DNA from: Octopus sinensis | Lineage: Eukaryota | Length of the DNA: 64,000 bases | Assembly: GCF_006345805.1 (NCBI RefSeq) | Contig: NC_042997.1 | Span: 171,244,001 to 171,308,000, forward strand | Direction: 5' to 3' | In this document: positions 63,429 through 64,000 of the stretch, piece by piece | Layout of the letters: every line of letters begins with the position of its first letter | Numbering within the stretch: the stretch's first letter is position 1 | Notes under the pieces: generated by a model | Database searches by the model: none | Told to the model about the DNA's origin: nothing | Seen by the model: the letters and a program-made list of their open reading frames with translations, nothing else | Position numbers and translations under genes: made by a program

Positions 63429-64000
63429 CCATTTATGAATACATAAGACTGATGTCTGTTTTGTATTTAGGCCATTGCCACAATTGATAATTCTGAAAAT
63501 ACGAAGAGGAAAAATTACAATAATGCAACAGTATAAACGTAAAACTAGAACACAATACAGAATCAAACACAATATTCTCTATGCTCATCCCTGCCACTAG
63601 TAGTATTTCTGATAAAGTGAATTTAAATAAAAGCAATGACTTAAAAATTATTATCACCATCATCATCATTGCTTTAATGTCTCCCTTTCCACGATTGCAT
63701 GGATTAGATGAAGATTATTGGGGCAGATTTTTCTATGATTGGATACCCTTCCTGTCACAAACCCTCACCTATTTCCAAGCAAACTAATGTTTCCTTGTGG
63801 CCAGACCTGTTTTCACAAAATATTAGAAATGAATGGATATTGCTTGTATGACAGTGATGCTCATTTACAATGATTATGTGATGTCAAGACAAGGAGATAC
63901 ACATTCAGACACAATCTTGGGGTTAATTTGTTCGACTGAAACCCTTCAAGGCAGTGCTCCAGTATGGCCATAGTCAAATGACTGGAACAAGTAAAGAATA

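Overview
AT-rich eukaryotic, repeat-dominated DNA that is mostly intronic or intergenic. The repeat families match, from memory, those of Octopus (coleoid cephalopod): tRNA-derived Nin/Deu-domain and CORE-domain SINEs, and RTE LINE 3' ends with (GAT)n tails. No intact long gene, rRNA, tRNA gene or CRISPR is present, and almost all ORF-track entries are microsatellite or transposon read-through. The window contains dozens of SINEs; RTE, R4/Dong, CR1-like and Penelope-like (PLE) retroelement fragments; mariner/Tc1, hAT, piggyBac-like and pogo-like DNA transposon remnants or MITEs; and two Helitron-like elements. A set of small, phase-compatible + strand exons suggests an unidentified host gene. 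The most notable observations are: (1) PLE pseudo-LTRs carrying non-canonical hammerhead-ribozyme motifs (a U3-A8 core in one family, a U at position 6 in another); (2) an RTE 3'UTR built from ~62-bp hairpin units with conserved stems, variable loops and higher-order multimers; (3) several clean repair or rearrangement scars, namely a 2.6-kb inversion with a 424-bp inverted duplication splitting a SINE, a 75-bp inverted templated insertion, and tandem duplications; (4) recurrent SINE dimers with an identical junction. All calls come from reading the sequence by eye; no database search was run.
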